Part shown: positions 45,701 to 58,950 of the stretch, piece after piece | How positions within the stretch are numbered: the stretch's first letter is position 1 | Layout of the letters: every line of letters begins with the position of its first letter | Source of the DNA: Raillietiella orientalis | Taxonomy: Eukaryota | NCBI GenBank assembly: GCA_036172245.1 | Contig: JAYWIR010000043.1 | Span: forward strand, 992,001 to 1,056,000 | Reading direction: 5' to 3' | DNA length: 64,000 bases | Made by a program: the position numbers and the translations under genes | Notes under the pieces: generated by a model | Told to the model about the DNA's origin: nothing | Database searches by the model: none | The model's input: the letters and a program-made list of their open reading frames with translations, nothing else

Positions 45701-48700
45701 AGAGCTTCCAGAGTGTTGATGGCAGGCTGGATTTTTCAACACCTGGCATTTCTATAAATGTATTTCTAATCAGTGGTCTGGAAGAACACACACACACACA
45801 CACACACGTTCATTTGCTCCTTGGAATCACAGCGTGTTCGCAGCGTTTCTGCCTGCATGGGCTTCACAGTTCGACCGCTCTCCGAGCGATTCCTCCAGGA
45901 GAGAAAATCGATCCTGGGAAACCCTTTTTCCTGGAAGATCCTGCTTTCCGCTGAAACGAGGGTCCGTCCCCTCGCGAGGGTCCCCGCTGCCCACCGTCTG
46001 CCTTGCATTTCGACGTGCTTTTTTGTCTTTGTCAGACTCTCCTTGGAGCCGAAGAGGAAGAAGGCATTCCATCCACTGCTTCTTGGCGGAAGTCCACCCA
46101 GACTACTTCTCTTGGGGCTTCAGGATCACGAGGATGATGAGACAGCGCTGTTATATGGTAGAGAGGAAAGCACTCCCCCCCCCCCCAAAAAAAAAGAATG
46201 TGGAAGAGCTTGGAAATGCCAGAAAGTGTTGTTTCACCTTTCTGACAATATAATCACAGCGCTTACGCCGCTGTTCTCATTGAGCCTTGAGTGAACGCCT
46301 TTACTACAAGTTCATCGCAATACTTCTTGTGTGATTTTCTCGTCATTTTTTATCACTCAGAGACCGAAGATGAACTCTTTCAATCGCTGCGACGGCCTCC
46401 TAACGATCTTCACCATTTCATTCCTCGAGCCCTTATGCACCGAAATCCGTAGGAAGTTCGACCAATACGTGTGGTTTGAAAACGACTGCTGATTTCATGA
46501 AGGAACAGAAAACTTGGAAAAACTAAACAGGGGTCGAATTCCGCAGAAACACTTTCGGTCAACACGGGCAAATTGCAGCCCCCCCCCCCCCCAAAAAAAA
46601 AACAAAAAAACCAAAAAAAAAAAACCAAAAAAAACCTGCTACAGAGTTACCAGTACGCAGACAGGAAATCAAATGCAATTTAGCATTGGCATAATTTGGC
46701 TGACCGTTACAGTCGTCTTCTGGACAAACTGGGAATCAAATTCAAAGGCGACGTCCGATGACTTACGACTCGAGGAGTGGCCATGGCAGGACTTTAGCAA
46801 ACCAATGAAACCTTAGATGTACTGAAAATTTGTCGCCCGTCACCCGGCAGCCGAGGAACTCTTATGTTTACCTGCTAATAGCGGGGGGATTGGTGTTACC
46901 CGAAGTAGTTGAAACCTCTTGAGCCGCTGCAAGAGATATTGCAAAATCCCAAAGAACGCCGTGGAAATCGTTTTGTGTGCACACTCATGACCCTGCCATC
47001 AGTATTGAGCAACGCGCCATATCATCCGAAATGTAATCCGTTTCGCGTCTTGCACCACGGTTCGTGTCCGGGGACTCGCGTCTGTTTCCGTAACCGAGTT
47101 TCTTCCTTGCTTCGTTTCAGCATCATCGGACTTTTCCAAAGTCCAGAGGAATGCTTTTGCAGCGGCCCAGCCTTGGAATTGCGGAGTCCACGCAACGTCC
47201 ACTTTGGTTTCGCCACGCCTGCGGAACGCAATTTCTCGAAGACGGCCGAACTTGAGGAAGGCACGGCGAAGTTGCGACCCCGGGCCCGCGGGTTTCCACG
47301 CGGTTCTCGCGCATCCCGAGAGCCACCGGGCTCCGGAGGCTCGCGAATGAGCTTTCCGTGCCTTCTGAGCGGGGACGGCTCTTTCGGCTCGGGGGGCGGG
47401 GTGGGTCCGGGAAGCTGATGCGGATGCTGCCGCCGCGACTTCGAATCGCCTGCCCAGCGCTTTTTGCATCGAGAGATTACGGTTCCGGCAAGGTATCATT
47501 ATCCAACCTTGGGTAGCCGTTGGGTGCAAGAAGATAATGTATTCGTTGGGAAAATTCGGTTCCTGACATTCAATTCACCTTCCTATCAGGCTTGAGAATT
47601 CACAGCTCGAAACAAAAAAAAAAAAAAAAAGACGTTCGGACGGAATTTATCTTAAGCGTGGAGAGAGGCTCGAGTTTTCCCTTCCTCTTGGAACAGCGCG
47701 TTTGGAATGAAATTCCCTCTCGTTTTTTTTTTTGCCCCGAAAATCTCGAAGCTTTGAATGAATGGCGGCGCCGGGCAGTTCGGAATCTCTCTTTCCAGTT
47801 GAATCCCCGTCAGCAAGTGGTACATAGCCGACGTGTACGAAGGACAGTCTCGCACGCGCGAGATTCGCTAGGGTCCACCGTAGGGCCCGAAAGGGAGCGA
47901 TTTTTGGGTGCCGCGGGCCGCCGCAGTCGCGTGGCGCCGCGCCGCGCTCCCCCCCTCCTTTGCTTCGCAGGAAGGAGCATCTCAGGGAGACTGCTCGGGG
48001 AGAAAACCACGTTCGGCGTCCCCAAAGAGGGGACGTGGATCCTAGGATGAGATGCACAGCGATGGCGGCACCGAGCGCGGACTGGGGCTGCCCATCTTCT
48101 GCTTCAGCCTCAGGTGCCTGCGCGAACATGCGTGGGGCCGTCGTCTACCCCAAGACACGATGCGTGGGGGACGAAAAGGGGTCGGGGAAACGAAAGCGGC
48201 GGCACGTCGCCGCGGAGGGACGCACCTTTTCCATTTCGGGCCGCGACGTCCCTTTTCTTAATAGCGCGGAAGATGAAATTTCAGCAAACACGAATTGCAC
48301 ACGCAGCAGGAAGACGGGTCAGCTTTAAAAAACTGTAAAACTTGAAAAAAATATGGATGACGATGACGATCTCGGAAGGACCCCCGAATGCACTAGGCAC
48401 GGTCGTCATGGAAACAGCGGACGTGATTTTTGCTCCCCCTCCCCCCCAAAGGAAAGATAATCGAATAATCCTATTTTCTTGATGCTGTCTTTTCTTCATG
48501 TTTTCCATCATGTACTCTGAGGAGGTTTTTTTTTTTTCCTTTTTTCTACGTTTCGTAGAAAAATGCTCCTGCGAAACCTTAAAAACATTTCTCTACCTCT
48601 ATTTTCTGAGTCTCTGCTTGAAATAAATTAAAGAAAGGATGACTTCCTCATTTTCCACCTAAACCGATTCTCCCTCTGGAGGTTTTTTTTTCTCTTTCTC

Positions 48701-49384
48701 GGCATCATCGTCTAAAAAAATCCACGCCGGTATATTAATCACTCCTTTCTAAATATAGAAACACGCTCAAGAAGGGCACACCTCTTCATGAGCAATTTCT
48801 TCCAGCAATGTAGATATTGTTCCCTGTACCGGCAAGTTCGACGCTCATTTGCAAAAGGGAAGAGGAACCACAATCCGCCCAACTTCGCAAGGCAAAGCCT
48901 CCGGAAGTGTCATCCACTTCCGTGTTCTTGATTGGCATCGCGCTTCCTTAACGCCCAGCTTTCCTATTCCGCGTCTCAGATGCCCTTCCCCAGAAGGGGG
49001 TCAGAGACCAGAAGGAGGAGGAAGCAGCGCTCTCCTCGCTCCAGAGAGGCCGCCTGCAGCCCTGTGCTGCTCGGTTGTTGCAGTTGATGATGATGACGAT
49101 AAGGACAGCGATGCCCGTCATCACGATGATGATGATGGGAGTGACCACAGTAATGCCCACCGCGACGAGAAAGACGAGGAAAGAAATGAGCGTGACTCGA
49201 GTACGACTGGTACCCGAGCAAAGAACGACGCCGCTGGTGCCTGAGGATTACCAACGGAGCTGTTTCCTTTTTGCTCCCGGCCAGCCGCCACAATGGGCTG
49301 CGGGCAGTGTCGAGGAAACGGGACTGTCTCACACCTGGGTGCGCCGGGACGTTTAATTTAAAAAGATAACACGCATGCATTTGT

Positions 49385-51100
49385 GGGGCCATCGGCTCTA
49401 CGTTGTCCGAAAATGCTCGGGATCTGCCGAGTAACCGGCACGCCGGCCGGCGAGGTTTTCCTCGGCGGCGGAGGGAGAGGGAGGGGGCAAACAAATCAAA
49501 CATGAAAATAAAATTAAAATCAATAATAGAAAAAAAAAAATACTCAGGGGGGCACGGGAAGGGATGGCGCTCCTGTTCGCTGGAGGGCGCCCTCTGCATT
49601 CTTTCCAGGATGCCGGCAAGTTCCATCTGTGCATGCCCCAGGTGGGGCCATCTAGCTGCCTCCCGTCCGCAGGAAGCGCAGGGCAAAGAAGACGGCGTCC
49701 CTCTCGCTCCATCCTCCTCTCGCGTAATTCCAGGCTGCCACAATCCCGCGTAGGCAGCAGCAAAGAGCTACTAGGGATGCAGCAGTCAAAGGGCCGTCGC
49801 TCACAAAGAGGCTCTTAAAACGTCTCTGGGATTGTCCGTCGGTGGGCCAAGAGCCGTTGCATAACGCAACCATGGGGGCCGGAGGGCAACGCAGTCTACG
49901 AGCAGGTGTGGAAGCTCCGATTCTCGTGCCCCGCACCTGCAGCAGTTTGGGCCCACAACCCCTCGGGTCCAGTGAGAGCGGCGGGCGTCGCACGGGAGGC
50001 TCCAGTGCAACAGCAGGGGTGCCGACTCCTGACACTTGAACGGGAGGGTCTGGCTGTTCTTCAGCGCTGGGGGACACTCGAGGACTTCCTCCGGGATTCC
50101 CAGCAGCTCACCCCAGCACCACAGTCCCTTCGGTGGGGCAATTGGGGTCGCAGCGTCTGTTAGCTAGTCCGCAGTCCAACTACCTAGCTCCTTAGTCCGA
50201 AGACTTATCTTACATCGGACCACCCATTTGGCTGACTACTGCCCAGGTGCTCCCTGAGAGAGGGCATTGTCGCGGCTAGGGAATTCCTTTCTGCGCAGAA
50301 AACGGGATTGTGGTTCACCAGAACCGAGTCACCTTGCACCTCGTCAAGCGGGGATTTCGTTCGCGTCTGGAAAACTTCAATTCCCAGAGGAAGCGCCGAT
50401 GGTCGACGAAGCATCGAGTCGTCAGCCGATTCCTGTCACTCGTAGACCCGAAAACCTTTATACTGAGCATCATGTCCCGAGATGAACGAGCAACAGACGA
50501 CGGTGCACCTCTTGTTTTGTTTGAGCACTTTGAGTCGAAAACGCACAAAAGAGAAACCTGAATGGGAACAATAAGTTTGCTCGATAAAGCTAGGCAATAT
50601 AGCCTTATCAAGTGGAAAGAACAAGAGTTCCTCCTGGCTTCGGTGCTCCTCGCAGGGTTGCCATCTTCGGTCGGGTCGGAATGCGAAAACCAAATGGCAC
50701 AAAACAGATTTCTGGGACAACCTTTTTGTTTTTGGATGAATTCCTCTTCAATACAAGTTGCATTTCGTTCTTCATGAGCTTTCGTGTTTCTTTCTTTCTC
50801 CGCAGGCATCCAGATGCTTCAGATGCCTGCAACGAGTTCTGGGGTCGCTTAAGGACGGATTTGCAGAAGAGGTCAAGGTTCCAGCCTCTGTCCCGAAGCC
50901 CTCATATGGAGCTTTTCCGGGTTACTGATGAGGCGAGAACCCGCAGATATCAGGGCTGCCTCGATAATCTCTGAAGGAAAAGCAAAGATCGAGCGCTCAG
51001 TTGAGATTACGGCTCAGGGCATGCAATCCGGTGAAGCGGGTCCCTGTTTGGTAGACCTTCGTGGTGTACGCCACTCTGCTGCGAATCACACGAAGAGCAA
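49385..51100 (-). mobile_element. 5'-truncated decayed L1/Tx1-like LINE (RT remnants, C-terminal zinc finger, 3' UTR), copy B
   Basis: LISNPEKLHMRASGQRLEP, KGCP, then LHWSLPCDARRSHW...CCRCGARESELPHLLVDC (zf-RVT-like). About 900 nt align with 55878-56740. Confidence 0.75.
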
Positions 51101-51949
51101 TCACTTATCTTAGTTGCAGGAAGGTGACCGGAAATCTCTTGCTTACTGAAGCACTTGTCAGGTTCGGGGCTGGTAGATACCGCCATGATACATGGTGTCG
51201 CGTCCAGATAAAATTCTCTGAAAGAATCGTTCGATGGAACCGCCGAGAGAACGTTCCTCGGGGCAACTGAATCTGGGACACACCACACAACAGTCCAGCT
51301 CTCTGTTGCCGCTTTCCTACCTCAGGTGCTTCGTGGTGCGCAGGGAAAACATCCTCTTCCAGCCTCTCGATCTTTTCTTCCAGGTTTCGCACGCTGGCAT
51401 GCATCGGGACGCTCGACGCCTTGATATCGGCCACAACGAGAAGGTGGCGCACGGGCAGTGGTGGTCCTGGCAGCAGCAACCAAAGGACGTCCGAAGTGGA
51501 GCCGTCGAGCGATGTGGTCATGTTCTCAGAAAAGGGAGAGGGCTCAAGCAGTGCTGCCCGTTGGAAATCCCACCAATCGCGTTGCAGAACCTCTCAGGGG
51601 ATGCGAAACGGGAAAGGGAAAACTCTGGGCTTGCCCACCCTCTACCGGGAGGAACACCCGAGCGTCAGTTCGTGCATCCGTCGTCACGGGGTCGTCGGGT
51701 CCCAGGAGAAGCGGTGATCCGCAAGAGCTACGGATCCCGCCGGCACAACCGGCCCTGATTCTCGACTGAGCGGAGGGGGAAGATGAGGGGCGAACAGAAT
51801 GAAGGGAGCCGGACCCGTGCCCTCCCAACCTTCTTCTTGTCCCGTCCGCATGCAGTTACGCTGTGATCTCCAGAAACCTTCCTCCTCCGTCCGCATCGGC
51901 TGGCATCGGTGCCTCCTGGACGGCCGAGGTACTAAACGTTTTCTCCGTC

Positions 51950-52400
51950 GGCAGGATGTCATAGTGCACGGGTGCGACGGACATCGCGGTTCCGGACGTC
52001 GAATGCTGGAGGCAAGCTGACTAGCCCGGCGCTGTGACCGTCACCGAACGCGACAAAGACCTTCATCTTTGTATCCGGTCTCCTGCGACTCTCCTGGACT
52101 CGTCGGAGCTACTCTCGAAAGGGGAGGCAACGTCCAGGATGACCGTTCTTCTGCCCTGCCTCCACCACATCCGGGAGGACACAAAAGTCCATTCCATCGG
52201 CCAGGTAGTACGTCATGTCGCTGAATGTACCGGAGCGAGTTTGGCAGACAGCAGTTTAGCGCATGCGCAGAACCTCTTTAGCGGGGTCGTCCAGCATGCA
52301 GCATAGGTGGGGCATCCAACAGTCGCACCTCCGGACGACCGAGAGCAGTCGAGTCTCCAGTGGACGATGGTGCCCAAGGCTAGCACGGCTGCGGGATCGA
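51950..52400 (-). mobile_element. Decayed R2/NeSL-type CCHC plus restriction-like endonuclease domain
   Basis: Across frameshifts: EVL-AHALNCCLPNSLRYIQRHD, LPDVV, ILDVASPFE. Confidence 0.65.
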
Positions 52401-53399
52401 ACCTCGACGGGTGGACAGCAGGGGGTGAACGAGTCCCCGTCCCACCCAACAGGGAGCATCTCCACTCTTGAAAACCATTCGCGGACCGCCCCTCCGTCAC
52501 CAGCGACGAAGCCGAACAGGACATTCTCTGCCCAATGTTCTGTGCCTGATGTTATCGTGAGTCTGGATCGAAGGACCCAGCATCCGCTTGGACGCACGCT
52601 GAGGTCGGATGGAGGTCATCAGATATGTTCGATTTTTTCCGCATCGGTAGCGAGAACACTCTTCGCTACCGTGGATGTGAGGCAGCGAAAACTCCTAACC
52701 TCCGTTGGACACGCAAGGGTTGCCGGGTCGCAATGGCCTACGCACACAGGGAAGTTTTTCACTCGGTCACGCCGGGCTCGCTTTAGAAAAAAACAAAAAA
52801 AAAAGGACATCAGTTGGGAAACACGCTGGTTTCCAACCGAAGACAAAAGAAGTCTAACGAAATTGCCTCGGGTAAAGAGTGCGGGCATCCAGGAATAGAG
52901 AAGTGAAACTGCCGAGAAGGAAAATCGGAAGAATAAAAAATGGTGGACTGCTTTTCCACTATTTAAGGAGGGATTTTATAGAGCAATTTGAGGAATAGTG
53001 AAAGGTGAACAAGTTCAAGGGGAGGGTCCACCGACACGCAGGCTGGGATAGAGAAAAGTCCACAGCGGGGTAGGGATGCGGGGATACCACAAAAAAAATA
53101 AACCAAATCCGGTGGGGATGGGGCAGGGATCTTCGAGTTCGCTGAGTGTGCAACGGCATCAAGACAGAAAACGCCGGGGAAGTTAAGGAGCGAACGAGGA
53201 TGGGGAATGAGGAATAAATAAATAAAGGGAGGCAGGGGACAAGGATCACCGGTGTCCACTTCCTAGCTATCCCCAAACCGGCGCTGGATGCCAGCGATCT
53301 CCTCCTTCGCTTCCTGTTCCAGGTGGCGCCACCTTGCAGTCGTCCTCATGTAGGTGCGGCTGCCACTTCGGTGACCTTCCTTCTCTGCGTGGTCGTTTC

Positions 53400-55000
53400 G
53401 ATCACATGGCAGGTCGTGACGGTGTGGCACGCAGGCAACCCACGGTTGCGGCTACCGCGCCAGTCGAGAGTTAGGGAAGCAGCCTTTCCTGGCGTGGCTT
53501 CTGCGAGACGTTCCTACAGGAGGGAGAAACGCGTGTCCGAAACGGGACTCCGGTTCGTGGGCGCGGAATCAAAAGATCGGTCCCGGTTTCGTCTCGGGGC
53601 CCCAAGTCGCGCAAACGCGCTACAAAAGGATTCGAAAGCAATCCGGGATCTGGAGCGATGACCCAATTCCTCTCTGCCTGCCCTGCGTCTTCAGACGATG
53701 GCCGCTGTCGGATCGAATGAGCCACTGCGTGCGTCCACCGTGGCTGTCGCCGCTCTCGCGAGACCGGGACAGGAACCCCTCCCGCGGCTTCAGTCATCCC
53801 GTCCGCCGGATGCACCGCTGGATCGCAGCATGGTCTCTCGTGGGGATGTCGGCTCCACGATCCCCTGAGAGATGCAGGGACACTGCGTTTCCTGTCCGAA
53901 CCTCCGCTGCGGACTCCGCACCTTTCGAAGGCGGTGCGGCAGTCGTGCAGCGACATCCCAAATCCGATGGCCGAGCAGCAGAGATGCCAGGAGGTACAGG
54001 GCTTGGAGCTGCCGTCACGCTGCACGGGGGCTCTTCGTTTCCCTCTCCTCCTTCCAGCCGACGTGTTCGCACTGATGGCTCTCTGCATGGAGGGGGGGTC
54101 TCCCTTGCTGTGGACCCTAACGGGGGACGCGGAGCTGCCGCCTCGCCGCCGCGCGCGAGGCTACCTGAGTTGCTCAGGGTGAATTCTGCGCGGTTTTCCG
54201 CTCGCGACTGCGCAGTCATGGGACGGCCTCGGAGTGAGGGCGAATCCTCCCACTAAGACTCTGTTAGAACAGAGAGCAGCAGCAGCGGAGTCAACCAGAG
54301 AGCAGGAAGGCAGGAAAGGTGGCTGCTGCTCGCCAGCTTGGAAAGCACCATGAAAGAAGGGCAAGCCGAAGCCAAGAGTGGCTGAGCATCGCCGAAAGAA
54401 TGCTCTTGCCGAGCCGTTGGTTCCCCCTCTTCGCCAGCTTTTGTTTTCCAGCCGGCGAGGCTTCTCTCCTGGCGCGCCGAAAGGAATGCCGGCAACTCTT
54501 CGCCGCAGCTCGGAAAAACAGGAATCGAACGGGGAGTTTCGAAAACATGGCGGCGGCGGCGGTTATGCGAGGTCAACTGCGACGCGGAAACGTCATCCGC
54601 ATGAGAGAGCGCGTGGGCCGGAGGGAAGATGAAAGGATCCTCGCCTCGCTGCCCGAGACGCGGCGCGCGCGAAGTTCCTCCTTCCTGGCGCTATTCTTCG
54701 GCGCTTGCGGGAAGGGTCCGTCAAGTGGGGGGAGGGCGGTTGCCCAGGGACGTCCGTGGCCTTCCAACGGGGTGCCGAACGCCTGGTGGTTGCGCTCGCA
54801 GGCGGACGCAGTCACGCGCAAGATGGCGCCGGAGGAACCCCGAGACGAAGTGCGCCACGGTGCACCGCAGTACGGGATGTGCGCGGAGGATTCGATCTCT
54901 CGCACCTGGAGCAGTTGAAAGGGACCGTGCCTCCCTCCTCCCTCTTCCCCCTTCACGCGGCTGTCGGCCCGCGGCTCACAGGGCGGCTTCTCGCCTGCAC
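53400..55000 (+). mobile_element. Decayed R2/NeSL-type retrotransposon (RT to endonuclease remnants)
   Basis: CPASSDD (CLAFADD-like), PERC, AELPPRRR, LFAAARKN, CEVNCDAET, DV/VAFQRG, VRGGFD, in the expected order but very degenerate. Confidence 0.4.
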
Positions 55001-55877
55001 CGAGAGCGTCACATGCATGCTGATGCCACCTGGGGGTGGGGTGGGGAGGGGTCGCAGACTTTCCGTGGTGGAAAGAGGAGGCACGACATGTGATGAAGCA
55101 AATCTCCAAAGCCCGCCCTTAGAGATCCTGCGGAGACCACCTGACCATCCTTTGAAGAGTTCTCGTCGCTTTCTTGAAAGAGAATAAAGGAGAAATTCCT
55201 CCCCTCCCCTCCAACCCTCTGTCCTGATGGCAGAACAGGAAACTGCAGCTCCTCCTCCCCCAGAGAAATCGGAAGCTCTGGTGTGACCGGGCCTCACTTT
55301 CGGATCCTTCATCTTCGCTTTCAAGGGTCGGGTTGAGAACGAGCTCGTGGGGCCAGGACGGCGCGCGTTCCACCGGGATCCCGCGAGGTGACGGCAGTAG
55401 CCTCCCGGAGGCTTTCCGCCGTGGTCCCTACGAACCGCCGCGAGGTGGGATCACGTGACCATTGCCCCTCTGCTCCGAAGAGCATGCCCTGGCGCGGGAA
55501 GTGCTGCGCCGAAGGGAGTGGTCATCCTGAGGGAGCTGTTCGCTCCGACCCGGCTTTCCTGGAGAAGGCGACCTCCCTGAAGAAAGACACGGATTCCCGC
55601 TCCTCGCTCCCATTCCTTTCCTTCGAAGTTCCGCACCAAAAGCGCCTGCGTCGGAGGAATGGAAATGCTTTGAGGTTCTCTTCCATCCCCGCTGCTCTCC
55701 TTCAATCCTTTTTTTTTTTTGGTTCGCTGAGTTCCGCAAGAACCGCCGCGCACCTGGGGGCTCGCGCAGCTCTTTCACGTTGTTCCACGCCACCCGAGGG
55801 TGAGTGTCAATTCTTCAAATCATAGGACCAACACCCTGTAATGCCGTAGCATTTCTTATAAAAATGATAAACAATCA

Positions 55878-57550
55878 GGTGTGGGCCATCGGCCCTACAT
55901 CGCCGGAATATGTTCGGAGCCTGTTGAGTGACCTGCATGCAGGCCGGCGAGGTTCGCTTCGGCAGCGGAGGGGGAGGGAGGGGGCAAACAAATCAAACAT
56001 AAAAATAAAATAAAAATCAATAATAGAAAAAAAATACTCAGGGGAGCACGGGAAGGGATCCCTGTCCGTTGGAGGGCGTCCTCTGAATCGTTTCCAGGAT
56101 GCCGTCAAGTTCCATCTGAGTATGCACCCAGGTCGGGCCATATAGCTCCCATCCTCAGCAAGCGCAAGGAGAAGAATATGGCATCCCTGTCGCGCCATCC
56201 TACTCTTGCGTAGCTCCAGGCGCCACAATCCCGAGTAGGCAGCAAAGAGTTGCTGGGGATTCTGCAGGCGAAAGGGCATCGCACAGGAAGAGGAGCTTCA
56301 TCACACCCCTGGGATTGTCCGTCGGTGGGCCAAGGGTCGTTGCATAACGAAACCATGGGGGCCGGAGGGCAACGCAATCTACGAGCAGGTGCAAGAGCCG
56401 GGATACCCGTCTCCCACACCTGCAACAGTTGGGATCCACGGTTTTCCGGGTCCAATGGGACCAACGGGTGTTGCACGGGAGGCCCCAGTGCAACAGCAGA
56501 AGTGCCAATTTCTGATAATTGAATGGGAGCGTCCGATTGTTCTTCAGCGCTGGGGGTCACTCGAGGACTTCCTGCCGGATTCCCAGCAGCTCACCCCAGC
56601 GCGATGGTGCTTTCGGTGGGGCACTTGGGTCGCAGCGTCTATGAGCTGGTCCGTGGTCCAACCACCTAATGCCTTCGCTCTTCCACCGATCTCACATCGG
56701 ACCTCCCATCTGGCCGGATGCTTACTGCCCAGGCAACTCTTCGGGAGAGATAGGAGCTACCCCGAAAGGGGACTACCCTATGGAATCCAGGAAAAACTCC
56801 GAAGGAAGAGGTCCGTTCCTCTCTTACGTTTGGGAGGGAAACTCCTCTTCCTTATTCTCTCCGGAGGCATCCCCCGGAGGGTGGAGCATTCATCGTTTCT
56901 TCTCCGGAAGGAACCAGCACGGGAATTGCTCCCGGTTTCCTCCTCTTCCGAAGAGAAACCCGAAGAGGCGCTTTCGATTTCCATGCAGGGTCGCTCTTCG
57001 TAGGGATCAGCGGTCATGCACTCCGGATAGGCATCATGAATGTGCCACTAACTCCATGGTAGGAAGTGGAGGGGGTCCTCTCCTAGGAAGGGAGTTGAGG
57101 AGACGGCTCCATTCGCACGACCGGGTGGAAAATCCCGAAGGGAACCGGCTCCTTTCCAGGAGGGTCGACTTCCAATCCCGGCCACTCATCGGGGGCATCC
57201 GGTTTTTTCAGCTTCTACTCGTGCCCCATCCGAACCTACAGGCTGACCAGCGTCATCTGCGGGGAGTATCGGGGGGTGGGGGGGACTCGGAAAACCCATG
57301 ACGACACACCTTCCATTTTTCTAGGGTCGATTCTTTCCCGGGTAAGATTCGACTTCGCGATGCTTGGCGCCGCGCGCGCGGAGAGACCCCAGCCACGTGG
57401 CCTCCGATGCGAGTGGAGAAGGTCTCGGGACTCTCCATAGGCGGAGGAAAAAGTTCTTCGGACCCTGTCGCTGGCTTCCAGCCCTGTGGGTCCTTCACTG
57501 AGTGGACAGTACTCCGAAATTTTCAGGTCCATCTGAACGGGCGACCAACC
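55878..57550 (-). mobile_element. 5'-truncated decayed L1/Tx1-like LINE, copy A
   Basis: LLLHWGLPCNTRWSHW...CCRCGRRVSRLLHLLVDC...LWRLELRKSRM, upstream RLFGFLFG, and a T-rich 3' UTR shared with copy B. Confidence 0.75.
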
Positions 57551-58139
57551 CGGAGGGAAGGCTGGAGGCCGCCCGAAAAGATGGTCATGACCCGCGCGGA
57601 TTTTCCGCCTCGGCTCGGGACTCCGACATCAGGAGTCCGCGGCAGTGGCGATCCGCATCTCCCTGCCTGGGGAGCCGCTCGTCACTGGAGAGCGATACCG
57701 CGTTCTTGGAAGCTGCTGCGGTTCTTTCTGACGATGTTTGTTACCTCGTCAACGAAATACACATGCACATGCCGTACGCGTGTTTGTACACCCTTTTCGC
57801 CGTCCACTTAGTGGCATGTATACCTACGTATACATCTGTGTATATACATCCCCATATACATCTGTATATGGCTGTGCATGTGAGGAGGCGTGCCATGAGG
57901 GCTCGTCTCGCTGAGGGACTTGCTGCGCCCCCGCTTTCTTGAAGACCAACGCCTAGCGGATCCTCAGGGCTTTTTCGGATTTCCGAACCGCAAACGGGGG
58001 TGTCTCGGCCTCCAAAAAGCGCAGGGCTAGGAAGGGAGTGACCAGAGTGACCAGCGGCTCCCGCTCAACGAAAGAGGGGTAGGAACTGTTGAGAAATCAT
58101 CATCTCTTTCCATCGGCAGGAAAGCATGCTGGCGTCCTT

Positions 58140-58950
58140 GGCTACCGCTTTCGCTTTGTTTCCTGTCTCAGATGAGGAAGGGTCCCAGAGATCTCATCTG
58201 TGAAGGCCAGCATCCGCCCTACGGAAGGTTTTTTGTAGACCCTGAAAGCTTCGCCGACGGCCCGCCACCAAGCCTTTGAAGAGGACCAGCGGTGCCGAAG
58301 ACTCCTGCGCTGAATTAGTAGAGTCGGAATTTCAAGGGCGTCATCGGTGGCGCAGAAATCCAATCAGCACTGCTGCTTGGAGCCTCCTTGGAGCAGGAGC
58401 CCTGAGCACTGCCAAAGAATCGGAAAGCACATCCAGCCTGAGAGGGCGATGGATCCGGAGGCGAGTGAGCCGAAGACGGAGGGTCACCTGCGCTTCTTCC
58501 TTTTCCCCTTTTGAACAAAAAGGAGACGTCCGTCGCTGCTCCTCGGGTCGAATTCATCTTGCAGAAGGACCGCGGCAGGGATGCGCGCAGCGTCTCCCCT
58601 CCTTTCACCTCCGTTTCACGACGGAAACCACTTCTTCCACCGGGACGAGTCGTCTCTCCAGGAAGATGCAGACGAACAGCAGGAACGCCGCTCTAGGCGT
58701 AAGGGAGTCCTGACCCGGTGAAGAGACCGAACAGGGTCGGTCTAGTGGGAGATTCGAACAGCCTCTGGGGTGGACAGAAGCCCATCCCTCTCTGATCGCG
58801 CGGGCAAGTCGCCTCGCGGACTGCAAGAAGATTTTCTTCTATCGTCCTTCCCAGTGCGTCGTTGACCTCAAGACGTTCCCTGGTCCTCCTTTCCCGGAAC
58901 AGAAGTCCGAGGCTGTCCCACACCGCTCACGGACGAACGGCATTCGGTGA
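58140..58950 (-). mobile_element. Decayed L1/Tx1-like reverse transcriptase
   Basis: GRTIEENLLAVRE (GR-x-I-x-DN), QRLFES (KAFD-like), AATDVSFLF (YADD-like), SVGRML. Confidence 0.55.

Noticed and set aside
46990..47060. APYHPKCNP resembling an integrase or Tc1 DDE motif
   Set aside because: Isolated motif with no supporting flanking residues.
50920..50950. CTGATGA hammerhead core (also near 7550, 32177 and 59233)
   Set aside because: No stem II followed by GAAA and no matching stems I and III.
52905..52925. Short match to the U2 snRNA 5' end (CTTCTCGGC, minus strand) as a Utopia/Keno target
   Set aside because: Only 9 nt; expected by chance.
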